A stretch of 64,000 bases of DNA from a virus, in IMG/VR virus record IMGVR_UViG_3300031237_000001, positions 4,181 to 68,180 of that record; one strand, given 5' to 3'. This document shows positions 15,617 through 24,034 of this stretch, one piece after another. The number at the start of each line of letters is the position of its first letter. Within the stretch, counting starts at the first letter, position 1. The translations under genes were made by a program, and so were the position numbers. A model generated the notes under the pieces. It was not told where the DNA came from. It made no database searches and was given only the letters and a program-made list of their open reading frames with translations.

Positions 15617-17737
15617 ATGGCGACTAAGTTCACGAAAATCGCCCTTCCCGAGTTGAACCTGCCGGTTCAAATGAGCCTGCTCGCCGGGCAGACGCCTCGG
15701 GCGGCCCGCGACCTTTACACGCCGTTTCCACACGTCTACCGGAATCTGGAAGCTCTACCCAAAGTCATCCAGGACTGCGTGTCCAAGTCGCCTGGCCTCG
15801 TCGGTATGGACATGGAGTACGATACGTCGAGGGGTAACAAGCCGTCGATCCTCGGCCTCTCCGGGTTGAACTACGCGATCTCGGTACCCTGGTCGGAAGA
15901 GTGCGTCGGCGCGTTACGTACCTGCATCGACCGGGGCCTGAAGCTCGTCGCTTATTCTACGATGTCGGCGGATAAGCCCTGCGTGGACCCCTACGTGAAG
16001 ACGCGACGAGAAGACTGGCTCGACGCGATGCTCAGTCACTACCTCGCTCATCAGGACCTGTGTAAGCGGCCTAGTAAAGAGGAGGATGATGACCCGGGTG
16101 CCCTCGGCTTCATGAACCTGTGGACCGCCTACTCGCTCGTCGGGGACGCGCCGAACTGGAAGCGCTGCCGGGGCATCGATTGTCACGGTCCCTGCCCGTC
16201 TCACTCCGTCTTCGACTACAACGCCGCCGACTCCTGGGCCGGCCTCGTCATCGAGATAGAGAACGGTAAGGCGCTCGACGCCATGGGTGTCCCCGCTTCT
16301 CTACGCGCCGAGATGCTGGAGCTGAGCGACCTCTGCGCGTCGATGGAGCGGCGTGGGATCGGCGTAGACAGAAGCGTCGTCACCTCCTTAGACGCGGAAT
16401 TGAAGTCTCGGCAAGCGGCCCTGTTCAAGTCGAACGAGCCGTTCAACCCGAAGTCTCCCAAGATGGTCGTCGCGTGGTTCAAGGAGCAGGCCCGCCTTCT
16501 CAAGCTGCCTGAGCTAGCCGTTGAGAAGAACGACAAGGAGAGCGTTCAGGAGGCGGTGCTCGCCTTGGGTAAACGCTACCTGATCGACGGCGAGAAGCCT
16601 GCCGAGATCGTCGAGGGCTTACGAGACGTGGCTGATCTACCCGCGCCTGGCCTCGCCCTCTGTGATCTGTACGACTTCAAGGCGGGTGGAAAGGGTCTCA
16701 AAGCTTGGTTCGACGAGCGGTACTTCGGCCGCGATGGCCGTCTTCATCCTCGGTTCATCACTACTGGTGCTTCCACCGGCCGCCTCTCCTCGTCCCGTCC
16801 GAACTGGCACAACGTCGTCAAGGCCGGTTGGGGCCTGAAGATGCGCTCCGCTCTCGTCGCCGCCCCCGGCTACCAGATCCTGCGGGCCGACTGGAAGCAG
16901 CTTGAGTTACGTATGTGTCTCTACCTCTCCGGGTACGATCCCAAGGACATTCAGGGGGACGCCTTCACGTGGCTCGTCGAGCACAGCAGCGGCCAGTTCT
17001 CCCGCGCTTCTAAGTTGACGGGGAAGAAGGAACGGGACTTGGCGAAGATCACGTCGCACGGCACGGACTATCTCATGGGCTTCAAGGTCTTCACGTACGA
17101 CGAGATGGACTCGCTCTCAACGAAGCGGGCCGAGGCAGCGGGCGCCCTGCGTCTCTACCGGGACTGGGAGTACGGCGGTGGCGTCGTCGGGTTCACCGGC
17201 GTTCATCTCGCGGAGATGCTGTTCGGTGACAAGAGCTTCGAGTCCCGCCGTAAAGCCCTGGAGATTCAGGAGGACGTGTACATCGGCGCCTTCTCCTCCA
17301 TTCGTAGATGGCAACGGCAGGTCCTGGCCGAGATCGAAGCCCGTGGCTACGTCAAGTACCCGACCGGCCGTTTCCTGCGTCTCTCCGGGTCCTCTTGGGA
17401 CGAGGAGTCCCGGCCCCGGGCGATGGAAGAGGACGCGAAGATAGGCGTCGCTGCTCTGGGCCAAGGCGTCTCCGCCGATCACGTTCAGGCGGTGATGCTC
17501 CGTTTTCGGCGTGAGCACGGCGACCTAGGAGTACCGACGCTCCAGGTTCACGACGAGCTTCTCTACGAGGTCCCGCTTGAGTGGGGCCGCGAGAAGTGTG
17601 CCGAGTTCATCCGGCCGATGACGGAGGAGACGTGGCGCCTACCCGGCTTCTCGGCGCCGGTTGACGCCGGCCTCGGCGCGTCGTGGCTCGAAGCGATGCA
17701 GGCCGCCGACGACCCGAAAAGGAGACTGCAAGTATGA
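15617..17737 (+). CDS. polA: DNA polymerase family A with 3'-5' exonuclease domain
   Basis: ExoI DMEYD, ExoIII YNAAD, TGRLSSSRPN, motif A ADWKQLELR, motif B RDLAK...Y, motif C QVHDEL. Confidence 0.92.
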   Translation: MATKFTKIALPELNLPVQMSLLAGQTPRAARDLYTPFPHVYRNLEALPKVIQDCVSKSPGLVGMDMEYDTSRGNKPSILGLSGLNYAISVPWSEECVGALRTCIDRGLKLVAYSTMSADKPCVDPYVKTRREDWLDAMLSHYLAHQDLCKRPSKEEDDDPGALGFMNLWTAYSLVGDAPNWKRCRGIDCHGPCPSHSVFDYNAADSWAGLVIEIENGKALDAMGVPASLRAEMLELSDLCASMERRGIGVDRSVVTSLDAELKSRQAALFKSNEPFNPKSPKMVVAWFKEQARLLKLPELAVEKNDKESVQEAVLALGKRYLIDGEKPAEIVEGLRDVADLPAPGLALCDLYDFKAGGKGLKAWFDERYFGRDGRLHPRFITTGASTGRLSSSRPNWHNVVKAGWGLKMRSALVAAPGYQILRADWKQLELRMCLYLSGYDPKDIQGDAFTWLVEHSSGQFSRASKLTGKKERDLAKITSHGTDYLMGFKVFTYDEMDSLSTKRAEAAGALRLYRDWEYGGGVVGFTGVHLAEMLFGDKSFESRRKALEIQEDVYIGAFSSIRRWQRQVLAEIEARGYVKYPTGRFLRLSGSSWDEESRPRAMEEDAKIGVAALGQGVSADHVQAVMLRFRREHGDLGVPTLQVHDELLYEVPLEWGREKCAEFIRPMTEETWRLPGFSAPVDAGLGASWLEAMQAADDPKRRLQV

Positions 17738-17939
17738 AGGAAGGAACTCTTGTGCGAGCCGTCACAGACGGCGCAGAGTACGTAGGGTACTTCATTTCCG
17801 GCCAAGAATACGATTTCGTACTGTCACGGAGATGGCCGTCTCGTGGACCGGATGACCGTTTTGGGCTTTTGACCGAGTGCTTCCGGCTCGAAGCGATGCA
17901 GGCCGCCGACGATTCTGCGAGGAGGTTACAAGTATGAAG
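17685..17939 (+). repeat. direct repeat, copies 200 bp apart
   Basis: 28 bp exact GGCTCGAAGCGATGCAGGCCGCCGACGA at 17685-17712 and 17885-17912, extending imperfectly to AGGAG...CAAGTATGAAG. Confidence 0.9.
17734..17937 (+). CDS. small protein ending in a copy of the PolA C-terminus
   Basis: SD AAGGAG, ATGA coupling; ends LEAMQAADDSARRLQV. Confidence 0.6.
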   Translation: MKEGTLVRAVTDGAEYVGYFISGQEYDFVLSRRWPSRGPDDRFGLLTECFRLEAMQAADDSARRLQV

Positions 17940-18470
17940 TTCGCTGTCGAAGAAGCCTTTCGCACGATGTACGGTCTCGTTACAGATCGCGTAACATCTC
18001 TGGCGTTGCGAGAATGTTGTCGTTATGCCCTGGGAGACCCGAGGTTCGCTAAGGGCTACGGCTCCTCGGTGGACACGTCTCATAAGCACCACGCCTATTC
18101 AGGCGGCCTCGTCGTTCACACCGCCGAGGTTGTTACCGCCGCGGTAAGCATGGGAGAGACAGTTGGCGCGGATCTGGACGTGCTCATCACAGCCGCGATC
18201 TGGCATGACTTCGCCAAGATCCACGATTACGATGAGCACGGAAACGGCACGAAGTACCGGGATCTTATCCGGCACGTCTCTGGTAGTTTCGCTGAGTTTA
18301 CATGGTACTGGGATGTGATAGAGCATCCAAAGTACGAGGAGATCAGCCACTGTATCCTGGCTCATCACGGCCGCAAGGAATGGGGCTCGCCTGTTGAGCC
18401 GCAGACGAAGGAAGCCGCCTGCCTGCATTACGCCGACATGCTTTCTATGCAGTTCGGAGCAGGTCGTTAA
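17934..18470 (+). CDS. HD-domain hydrolase, YhaM/Cbf1-like (no OB fold)
   Basis: HHAYSGGLVVHT, WHDFAK, ILAHHG..EWGSPV.P.T.EA..LHYAD. Confidence 0.85.
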   Translation: MKFAVEEAFRTMYGLVTDRVTSLALRECCRYALGDPRFAKGYGSSVDTSHKHHAYSGGLVVHTAEVVTAAVSMGETVGADLDVLITAAIWHDFAKIHDYDEHGNGTKYRDLIRHVSGSFAEFTWYWDVIEHPKYEEISHCILAHHGRKEWGSPVEPQTKEAACLHYADMLSMQFGAGR

Positions 18471-18471
18471 C

Positions 18472-18549
18472 GTGTGGGTCCGACGCATCCTCCTCGCCTG
18501 TATCTTCTGGTACTTCGCCTTCCTCATCTGCTATGAGTTGGGCCGTTAA
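18472..18549 (+). CDS. single-TM micropeptide
   Basis: MWVRRILLACIFWYFAFLICYELGR. Confidence 0.4.
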   Translation: MWVRRILLACIFWYFAFLICYELGR

Positions 18550-18552
18550 GGG

Positions 18553-18636
18553 GTGCTCGCCCTTCTCGATACCGCCGTCCTCGTCGTCGTCTTTGTCCTC
18601 GTCGTCTTCTCCCTCTACGTTCTGAGAAAATGGTAG
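18553..18636 (+). CDS. single-TM micropeptide
   Basis: MLALLDTAVLVVVFVLVVFSLYVLRKW. Confidence 0.4.
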   Translation: MLALLDTAVLVVVFVLVVFSLYVLRKW

Positions 18637-18770
18637 TCGCCCCGGGTAACCCTGTAACCTTCTTCTTACCAGGAGCGTCTTATCTATAGAAGCCGAAGAT
18701 AAGATGCTTACCCACACGAAACCAACCCACCGGACCCAAGAAGAGATACTCGTTTCAAACGAGTCCTCTC

Positions 18771-19172
18771 TTGCCTGAGCCGAAGGTACCCCGTAAGAAG
18801 ATAGTTTACGCGGCTCTGGAACCGCCCGACGACGCCGACCCGCGCCGGACGCCGCGTGCTATTGGCATGGCGATTAACAACGCGGTCATAGAGGCGCGTG
18901 CCCCCGAGACCCTCGGCGGTCCTATTCAACCGGCCCGGCTGAGAAGCCTGCGTGAGTACACCTTGGCCTTTGTCGAGCCGGCCTTCAACCACATGGAGGA
19001 GGGCGTCTTCGACATGCGTCCCGAGGAGCTCGTCTTTATCTTCTGTGCCGCCGCCGCCTTCGTCCAGGCCAAGGTGATCGCCGCGCACGAGAAGGACGAC
19101 AAGTTGGCGTCCAAGCTCTTGCAGAACTCCGTGGCCCTGGCCGACTTCTTCCGGCCGGAGAAAGCCTCCTAG
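18771..19172 (+). CDS. hypothetical protein
   Basis: 133 aa helical ORF, TTG start uncertain. Confidence 0.55.
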   Translation: MPEPKVPRKKIVYAALEPPDDADPRRTPRAIGMAINNAVIEARAPETLGGPIQPARLRSLREYTLAFVEPAFNHMEEGVFDMRPEELVFIFCAAAAFVQAKVIAAHEKDDKLASKLLQNSVALADFFRPEKAS

Positions 19173-19175
19173 TCT

Positions 19176-19370
19176 ATGCCCCTCTCCAAAGTAACTCTGG
19201 AATCCATCCGGCGCTGCCACGATTTGGCGTCTGAACGTATCTTGGTGAACACGAAAGCGTGGCCGGACACGTGGCGCGGCTCTGAGATCTGCTTCGTAGA
19301 GTGTGCTTGGCGCGATGTGGACGAGCTTCTGCGGGAAGTCGAGAGACTTCAACGAGAGGTATCGTCGTGA
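19176..19370 (+). CDS. small protein, tandem paralog A
   Basis: S.VTL..IRR...E..F.E.AW.....LLREVERL shared with 19367..19591. Confidence 0.65.
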   Translation: MPLSKVTLESIRRCHDLASERILVNTKAWPDTWRGSEICFVECAWRDVDELLREVERLQREVSS

Positions 19371-19591
19371 TCTCACCAGTTACGCTTCAGTGCATCCGAC
19401 GGCAACTGGAAGGGACTTCCCGGGAGAAGTTGTGTCACTTCGCAAGTACCCTCTATGACCCGGAAGCAATGGACAGGAAGACGCCGGAAGCGCGGTTCAT
19501 CGAGGACGCCTGGGATCACATGGCCGATTTACTCAGAGAAGTCGAGAGGCTACGAGACGTGGAGTTCCGAATGAGAGGACTGGAAAAGTGA
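19367..19591 (+). CDS. small protein, tandem paralog B
   Basis: See paralog A; GTGA coupling. Confidence 0.65.
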   Translation: MISPVTLQCIRRQLEGTSREKLCHFASTLYDPEAMDRKTPEARFIEDAWDHMADLLREVERLRDVEFRMRGLEK

Positions 19592-20169
19592 CGACATTAC
19601 TGACCGCAGCGATCATCCTTCTACAAGCTGTCGAGCCGCACCGCGTCCTGACCGAGGCGAAGTACGCGCCGCGGCAGAGGAACGTGATTTGGAAGATCAA
19701 CCTGTATCAGGGCGAAGGGAGTGAGTACGTTCCTGTGCCCGGCGCTGTGGCGCAGAACTACCGCCTGGACTTTGCGAAGGCCGCTGTGTCCCGGGAGAAG
19801 CGAGTGAAGACGCTACCCCGCGACCGAAGCGACATGGCCGAGATCGTCATGGAGAGAGTCCTCATCCCTTACGTTTCCCTCGCCCGGGACGAGTGCTCGG
19901 TGAAAGACGAGCTTCCGTGGCGTTCCTTCTCGGTGGATACGTTTCAGGGAGTAGCCTCCTTCGAGTTTGCTGGTCTGCCCTTTCTGCCGACGATGGATCA
20001 TCGAGGCGTCATCCACTGTGAGTCGCACGAAGTAGCTTTGCATCAGGAAGAGAATCAGAAGCTGGGCGAAACGATACGTTCCATCCTACGCCTGCTGAAC
20101 GAACTGACCGCTTGGTTCGACGACTTGGGCGTCATCAACGGCGAGGTCGTCGCAGGAGGATCTCGGTGA
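19588..20169 (+). CDS. hypothetical protein, possible signal peptide
   Basis: MTTLLTAAIILLQA N-terminus; coupling. Confidence 0.6.
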   Translation: MTTLLTAAIILLQAVEPHRVLTEAKYAPRQRNVIWKINLYQGEGSEYVPVPGAVAQNYRLDFAKAAVSREKRVKTLPRDRSDMAEIVMERVLIPYVSLARDECSVKDELPWRSFSVDTFQGVASFEFAGLPFLPTMDHRGVIHCESHEVALHQEENQKLGETIRSILRLLNELTAWFDDLGVINGEVVAGGSR

Positions 20170-20408
20170 ATGTCTTCGCCGCGCGCGACAGGGAGAGACG
20201 TGAGAGACTGTGGGACGCCTCTTTCGTAACGTGTACCAAGCATCCTGAGCGTCGCTGTCAGAGAAGCTACTACGTAAGGAGAGGATGCCGCCGCTGTAAC
20301 AGTTGTAAGAACGGAGCGAGGTGGAAAACGGAAGCTTATAGGATCTATCATCGCTGGTACTTGAGGAGCTACCGCCGTTACCGCGCCATACAGGAGAGGA
20401 AGATCTGA
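20166..20408 (+). CDS. small basic Cys-rich protein
   Basis: CxxH ... CxxCxxC; SD AGGAGG. Confidence 0.5.
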   Translation: MNVFAARDRERRERLWDASFVTCTKHPERRCQRSYYVRRGCRRCNSCKNGARWKTEAYRIYHRWYLRSYRRYRAIQERKI

Positions 20409-21253
20409 TGACGGTCACACCCACGCAGGATTACCTGAACCGCCTGGAGAAGCAGGCGCCGAAAGATGTAGTCGCCCTGACCTACTCCATGCAGTATGGA
20501 GACGAGTCCAAGTATGTCTCGGCCGCTTTCTCGCCCCGCAAGTACCCCGACGGCCTGGAGATCCTGCACATTACCGACGTGCAGTTCGGTCATAAGTGCT
20601 GCAAGGTCGATAGGTTCATCGAGTATCGCGACTGGGTCCTCTCGGAGCCGAACCGCTTCGTCTTCTTTGGCGGCGACATGGTCGATAGTGCGACGGTCCT
20701 TTCCGTAGCATCTCCCTACGAGAACACGGAGGAGCCGCAGGGGCAGGTCTACCGCTTCGTTGAACTCGCCATGCCGATGCGCCACCGCATCCTCGGCTAC
20801 GTCGGCGGCAATCATGAGCGGCGATCGGTGAAGACCTTCGGCGACTTGGGCCATCTGATCGCCACCCTTCTACGAGTCCCTTACTCGTCAGGCAAGCAGT
20901 TCGTGGACATTCATTACGGGAAGCACGCCCCCTTCAAGTCGAGTCTTTGGCACGGCGGGTCAGGTAGTCGTACCAAAGGCGCAAAAGCCCAGATGCTTCA
21001 CCGCTTCATGACCCAAGGCGACAGTCAAGTTTACTGGGTCGGACATCTGCACGACTGGATGATGATTGGCGACGTGCGCGAGCGTCGCGGCAACGGCGGC
21101 ATCAAACTGGAAAAGTTCGCCGGTGTCATGTCCTCGTCGTTCCTAGAGCATTACGGTACCTACGCCGAGGTGGCCGGCCTTTCCGCCGGGGACATCAACA
21201 TGTGGTGCCTAGAGTTGAAGCCCGATGGTAAATGGCTCCTGAGGATTCGCTAA
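20408..21253 (+). CDS. calcineurin-like metallophosphoesterase
   Basis: DVQFG, GGDMVD, GGNHE, WHG, GHLH motifs. Confidence 0.85.
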   Translation: MTVTPTQDYLNRLEKQAPKDVVALTYSMQYGDESKYVSAAFSPRKYPDGLEILHITDVQFGHKCCKVDRFIEYRDWVLSEPNRFVFFGGDMVDSATVLSVASPYENTEEPQGQVYRFVELAMPMRHRILGYVGGNHERRSVKTFGDLGHLIATLLRVPYSSGKQFVDIHYGKHAPFKSSLWHGGSGSRTKGAKAQMLHRFMTQGDSQVYWVGHLHDWMMIGDVRERRGNGGIKLEKFAGVMSSSFLEHYGTYAEVAGLSAGDINMWCLELKPDGKWLLRIR

Positions 21254-21327
21254 TGACAAGAATCGTCTTGCCAATAATTGTTGGTTTGTTGTTAGGTCTT
21301 GTATTTCTGCGAATAGTAAAGAGATGA
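21253..21327 (+). CDS. single-TM micropeptide
   Basis: MTRIVLPIIVGLLLGLVFLRIVKR; coupled on both sides. Confidence 0.5.
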   Translation: MTRIVLPIIVGLLLGLVFLRIVKR

Positions 21328-21917
21328 GCTACGATACAAGTTCTTTGACTCCTGTCGTTCGGCCCGTGCTTGATAAGATAAAGCCGAACTTCATCTGCGC
21401 CAAGTGCAAGGAGGGCTTCCACAACTTGGGTAGCCTGGCGATTCACGAGGAGACGATTCACGAGGTTCCGTTCACCAAGACGATGCGCGGCTCACTTACC
21501 GAAACGGTCGGCCCTCCTTATCCATCTTCAGGCGGACGTATCGACAACGACGTTCAGGACGGCCCTTATCCTGCTCTTGACGCGCCGAGACAAAAGGTCG
21601 TGTACATCTCGGGTCCCTACCGAGCGGCGACGGAGAACGGTGTTTACGAGAACATTCAAAGGGCGCGTGTCGCCGCCATGAAGTACTGGAAGCTGGGGTA
21701 CGCCGTCATCTGTCCGCACCTGAACACGGCCTTCATGGGCGAGCTCGGCGGTTCTCCCGAGGACGACCAGGAGATACTTATCAATGGGGACCTGGAGTTC
21801 GTACGGCGCAGTGACATCATCGTCATGCTGCCTCGCTGGGCCGACTCAGACGGCGCCCGCCAGGAGTTGATGGAAGCTCGCCGTCGTGGTAAGGAGGTCG
21901 TGTGGGAGAGTCTATGA
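21324..21917 (+). CDS. C2H2 zinc finger fused to a DUF4406/nucleoside 2-deoxyribosyltransferase-like domain
   Basis: CAKC..GF.....LAIHEETIH; VYISGPY, ICPH, DIIVMLPRW..S.GARQE. Confidence 0.75.
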   Translation: MSYDTSSLTPVVRPVLDKIKPNFICAKCKEGFHNLGSLAIHEETIHEVPFTKTMRGSLTETVGPPYPSSGGRIDNDVQDGPYPALDAPRQKVVYISGPYRAATENGVYENIQRARVAAMKYWKLGYAVICPHLNTAFMGELGGSPEDDQEILINGDLEFVRRSDIIVMLPRWADSDGARQELMEARRRGKEVVWESL

Positions 21918-22093
21918 GCCCGGTTCAAGAAGCGGTGATGACGGAGGAGAGAGGGCAGAAGCCCTGCACGGTAAGCATCGTACTGTATTGGGATGGAGAG
22001 GCGGGAAGTGAAGCTGATGCCCGCCACCTCTGCCGGCGCGAAGGCGAGATGGTGGACTGGAACGTGACGTGGAAGGACGAGGAGGACGGATGA
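21914..22093 (+). CDS. small hypothetical protein
   Basis: ATGA coupling. Confidence 0.45.
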   Translation: MSPVQEAVMTEERGQKPCTVSIVLYWDGEAGSEADARHLCRREGEMVDWNVTWKDEEDG

Positions 22094-22347
22094 TGAATTT
22101 TCTTCGTAACTTAGCATGGCGGTTTCTCCTCACAAAGGAGGAGGCTGCTAACTTCAATGCCGAAGTGGATGCTTTGTGGGCTCGCGTCATCTCCTTGGAG
22201 AAGGCTGAGAAACGGCACCTGGAGTACATCGAGTATCTACAAACGTCGATGCGGATACGAGAGGGCGAGGCCAACGAGTTCCGGGACCGCCTGTTCAAGC
22301 TGGAGGCACGCCGCGCAAAGACGGCGAAGAAACGGAGGAAGACATGA
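22090..22347 (+). CDS. coiled-coil hypothetical protein
   Basis: SD GAGGAGG; coupling. Confidence 0.55.
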   Translation: MMNFLRNLAWRFLLTKEEAANFNAEVDALWARVISLEKAEKRHLEYIEYLQTSMRIREGEANEFRDRLFKLEARRAKTAKKRRKT

Positions 22348-22598
22348 GTGGAGACGCTAAGGTACGGAAGAACTACTGCCGGGCCTGCGGCGAGAACAAA
22401 GGACACAACTTCTCGACGTGCAAGAACGTCAACGGTCTGAGGAAGATCATCGTGTCGCAGGACGGCCAGATAGAGAGCGGCCTCGACCTTCAGGCTCGGC
22501 TGAAGAGGGCTGAGACGTTAGCTCGGGACTACGAGATCACCGCTCGGTTCTACCAGAGGATCATCGAGAAGTTGTGTGAAGTAAAGGAGAGCAAGTAG
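22344..22598 (+). CDS. zinc-knuckle protein
   Basis: CxxCG...GHN..TC. Confidence 0.6.
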   Translation: MSGDAKVRKNYCRACGENKGHNFSTCKNVNGLRKIIVSQDGQIESGLDLQARLKRAETLARDYEITARFYQRIIEKLCEVKESK

Positions 22599-23060
22599 AT
22601 GAGACGTGAAGACTTTCTAAAGGAGATTGGCGAGACCTTCGTCGCCGCGGGCCGCCTGATCTCGGCGAAGAATGACGACTATGCGGCGGACGACGACGCC
22701 TTCCTGAACTTCCGCAAGGCCGCCGAGATCGCCGGGACGGACGTGGCAACCGGCATCCTCGTGCGCTTCGGCGATAAGGTGACACGTCTTGGTAACCTCA
22801 TCGACCGGGACCCCAGCGTCGTCGGCGAGACGGTGGACGACACGATCCTCGACGCCATCAACTACCTGGCGATCCTGCGCGTCTGGCTCAGCTTTCAAGC
22901 GTCTGCTCATTATGCACAAACGACCGTGGACACGATAAACGATTTCCCGTCTGTCAACGAGGAGAAGACGTGGGGCGAGAAGGCCGCGGACTTCCTGGGA
23001 GGTCTCTTGGGAAAACGAGGGACCGAGAACCTGGAAGACTACTCGATGACAGGGAGATGA
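22599..23060 (+). CDS. DUF1599 / nucleotide-modification-associated domain 1-like protein
   Basis: KNDDYA...FLNF...GILVR..DK..RL.NL...ETV.DT.LD..NY. Confidence 0.75.
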   Translation: MRREDFLKEIGETFVAAGRLISAKNDDYAADDDAFLNFRKAAEIAGTDVATGILVRFGDKVTRLGNLIDRDPSVVGETVDDTILDAINYLAILRVWLSFQASAHYAQTTVDTINDFPSVNEEKTWGEKAADFLGGLLGKRGTENLEDYSMTGR

Positions 23061-23200
23061 CTACGTGACTGAGGTTGTCCGGCTGGTGAAGCAACGGGCG
23101 CGTCGTTACCGGCGCCTGTCGTTACGAAGCAAGCTGCGGCAGGTCTACGCCTACATCTACTTGAGCTAAGAAGGGAATACTCCGACGAGGAGAAGGTGAG

Positions 23201-24034
23201 ACGAGCTACGAAAACGACAACTTCGGCCGCGAGATCGTCGCGCAGAGGCTGGGAGACCTCGTCACGAAGGAACTCCCTAACGAACCGGCTTGGATCGGTC
23301 CTTACCTCCTCCCCCGCGGCGGCCGTCTTCTCTTCGGCGGCGAGACGAAGATCGGTAAGTCGTGGCTCTTACTCGAACTGGCACGCGCTCTATCTCTCGT
23401 TGCTTCCCCTTTCGACTCAGCCCTCTTCCAAACGGAGCCCGGCGCCCGCGTCCTCATCGTCGAGCAGGAGTTAGGTGAGAGAGGCTTGCAGGAGAGGGTG
23501 CGACCTATTTTCGCGGAGCACGAGACGGACGACCGACTCTGGTACGTCAGCCGCGTCCCTCAGTTACAACTGAACTCTATGGAAGGCCGGGACCTGCTCT
23601 GCCGGCTCATCGAGCAGGCGGAAGCGAACGTGCTCATGATCGACCCTATCGGCAAGTGCCATACTTACGACGAGAACTCGAACACGGACATCGCCCGGCT
23701 GTGGGCGCACCTGGAGACGATCCAATGGCAGTACCGGGCCGAGTCCCTAAGCTTAGTAATCTCCCATCACTTCGGGAAGCCGTCTACGGACCCGAAGTAT
23801 CACCGCGACCCCCTGGACATCAACAACTTTCGGGGCGCGTCCAAGTGGATTTCAGACCCGGACACCCTCGTCGCCGTTCAGCGACTCGGCGACATCTCCG
23901 GTCCATACAAGGCGTGGCGTTTGAAGGTAGGCTTCACGTTGAGACACGGCGAGGGCTTGCCGGACATGATTCTGACGGTCAACCGAGATAACGACCGGCG
24001 CGTGCTCTTTGAGAAGTTTGCCTCGGAGACCTAG
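23201..24034 (+). CDS. AAA_25 RecA-family helicase-like ATPase (non-canonical start)
   Basis: In-frame extension of ORF 23486..24034 contains Walker A GGETKIGKS; also VEQE, MIDP, SHHFGK, FRGAS. Confidence 0.8.
   Translation, partial: TSYENDNFGREIVAQRLGDLVTKELPNEPAWIGPYLLPRGGRLLFGGETKIGKSWLLLELARALSLVASPFDSALFQTEPGARVLIVEQELGERGLQERVRPIFAEHETDDRLWYVSRVPQLQLNSMEGRDLLCRLIEQAEANVLMIDPIGKCHTYDENSNTDIARLWAHLETIQWQYRAESLSLVISHHFGKPSTDPKYHRDPLDINNFRGASKWISDPDTLVAVQRLGDISGPYKAWRLKVGFTLRHGEGLPDMILTVNRDNDRRVLFEKFASET

Noticed and set aside
23162-23164. Stop-codon reassignment to explain the missing helicase start
   Set aside because: All major genes are intact under the standard code and use TAA, TAG and TGA as stops.
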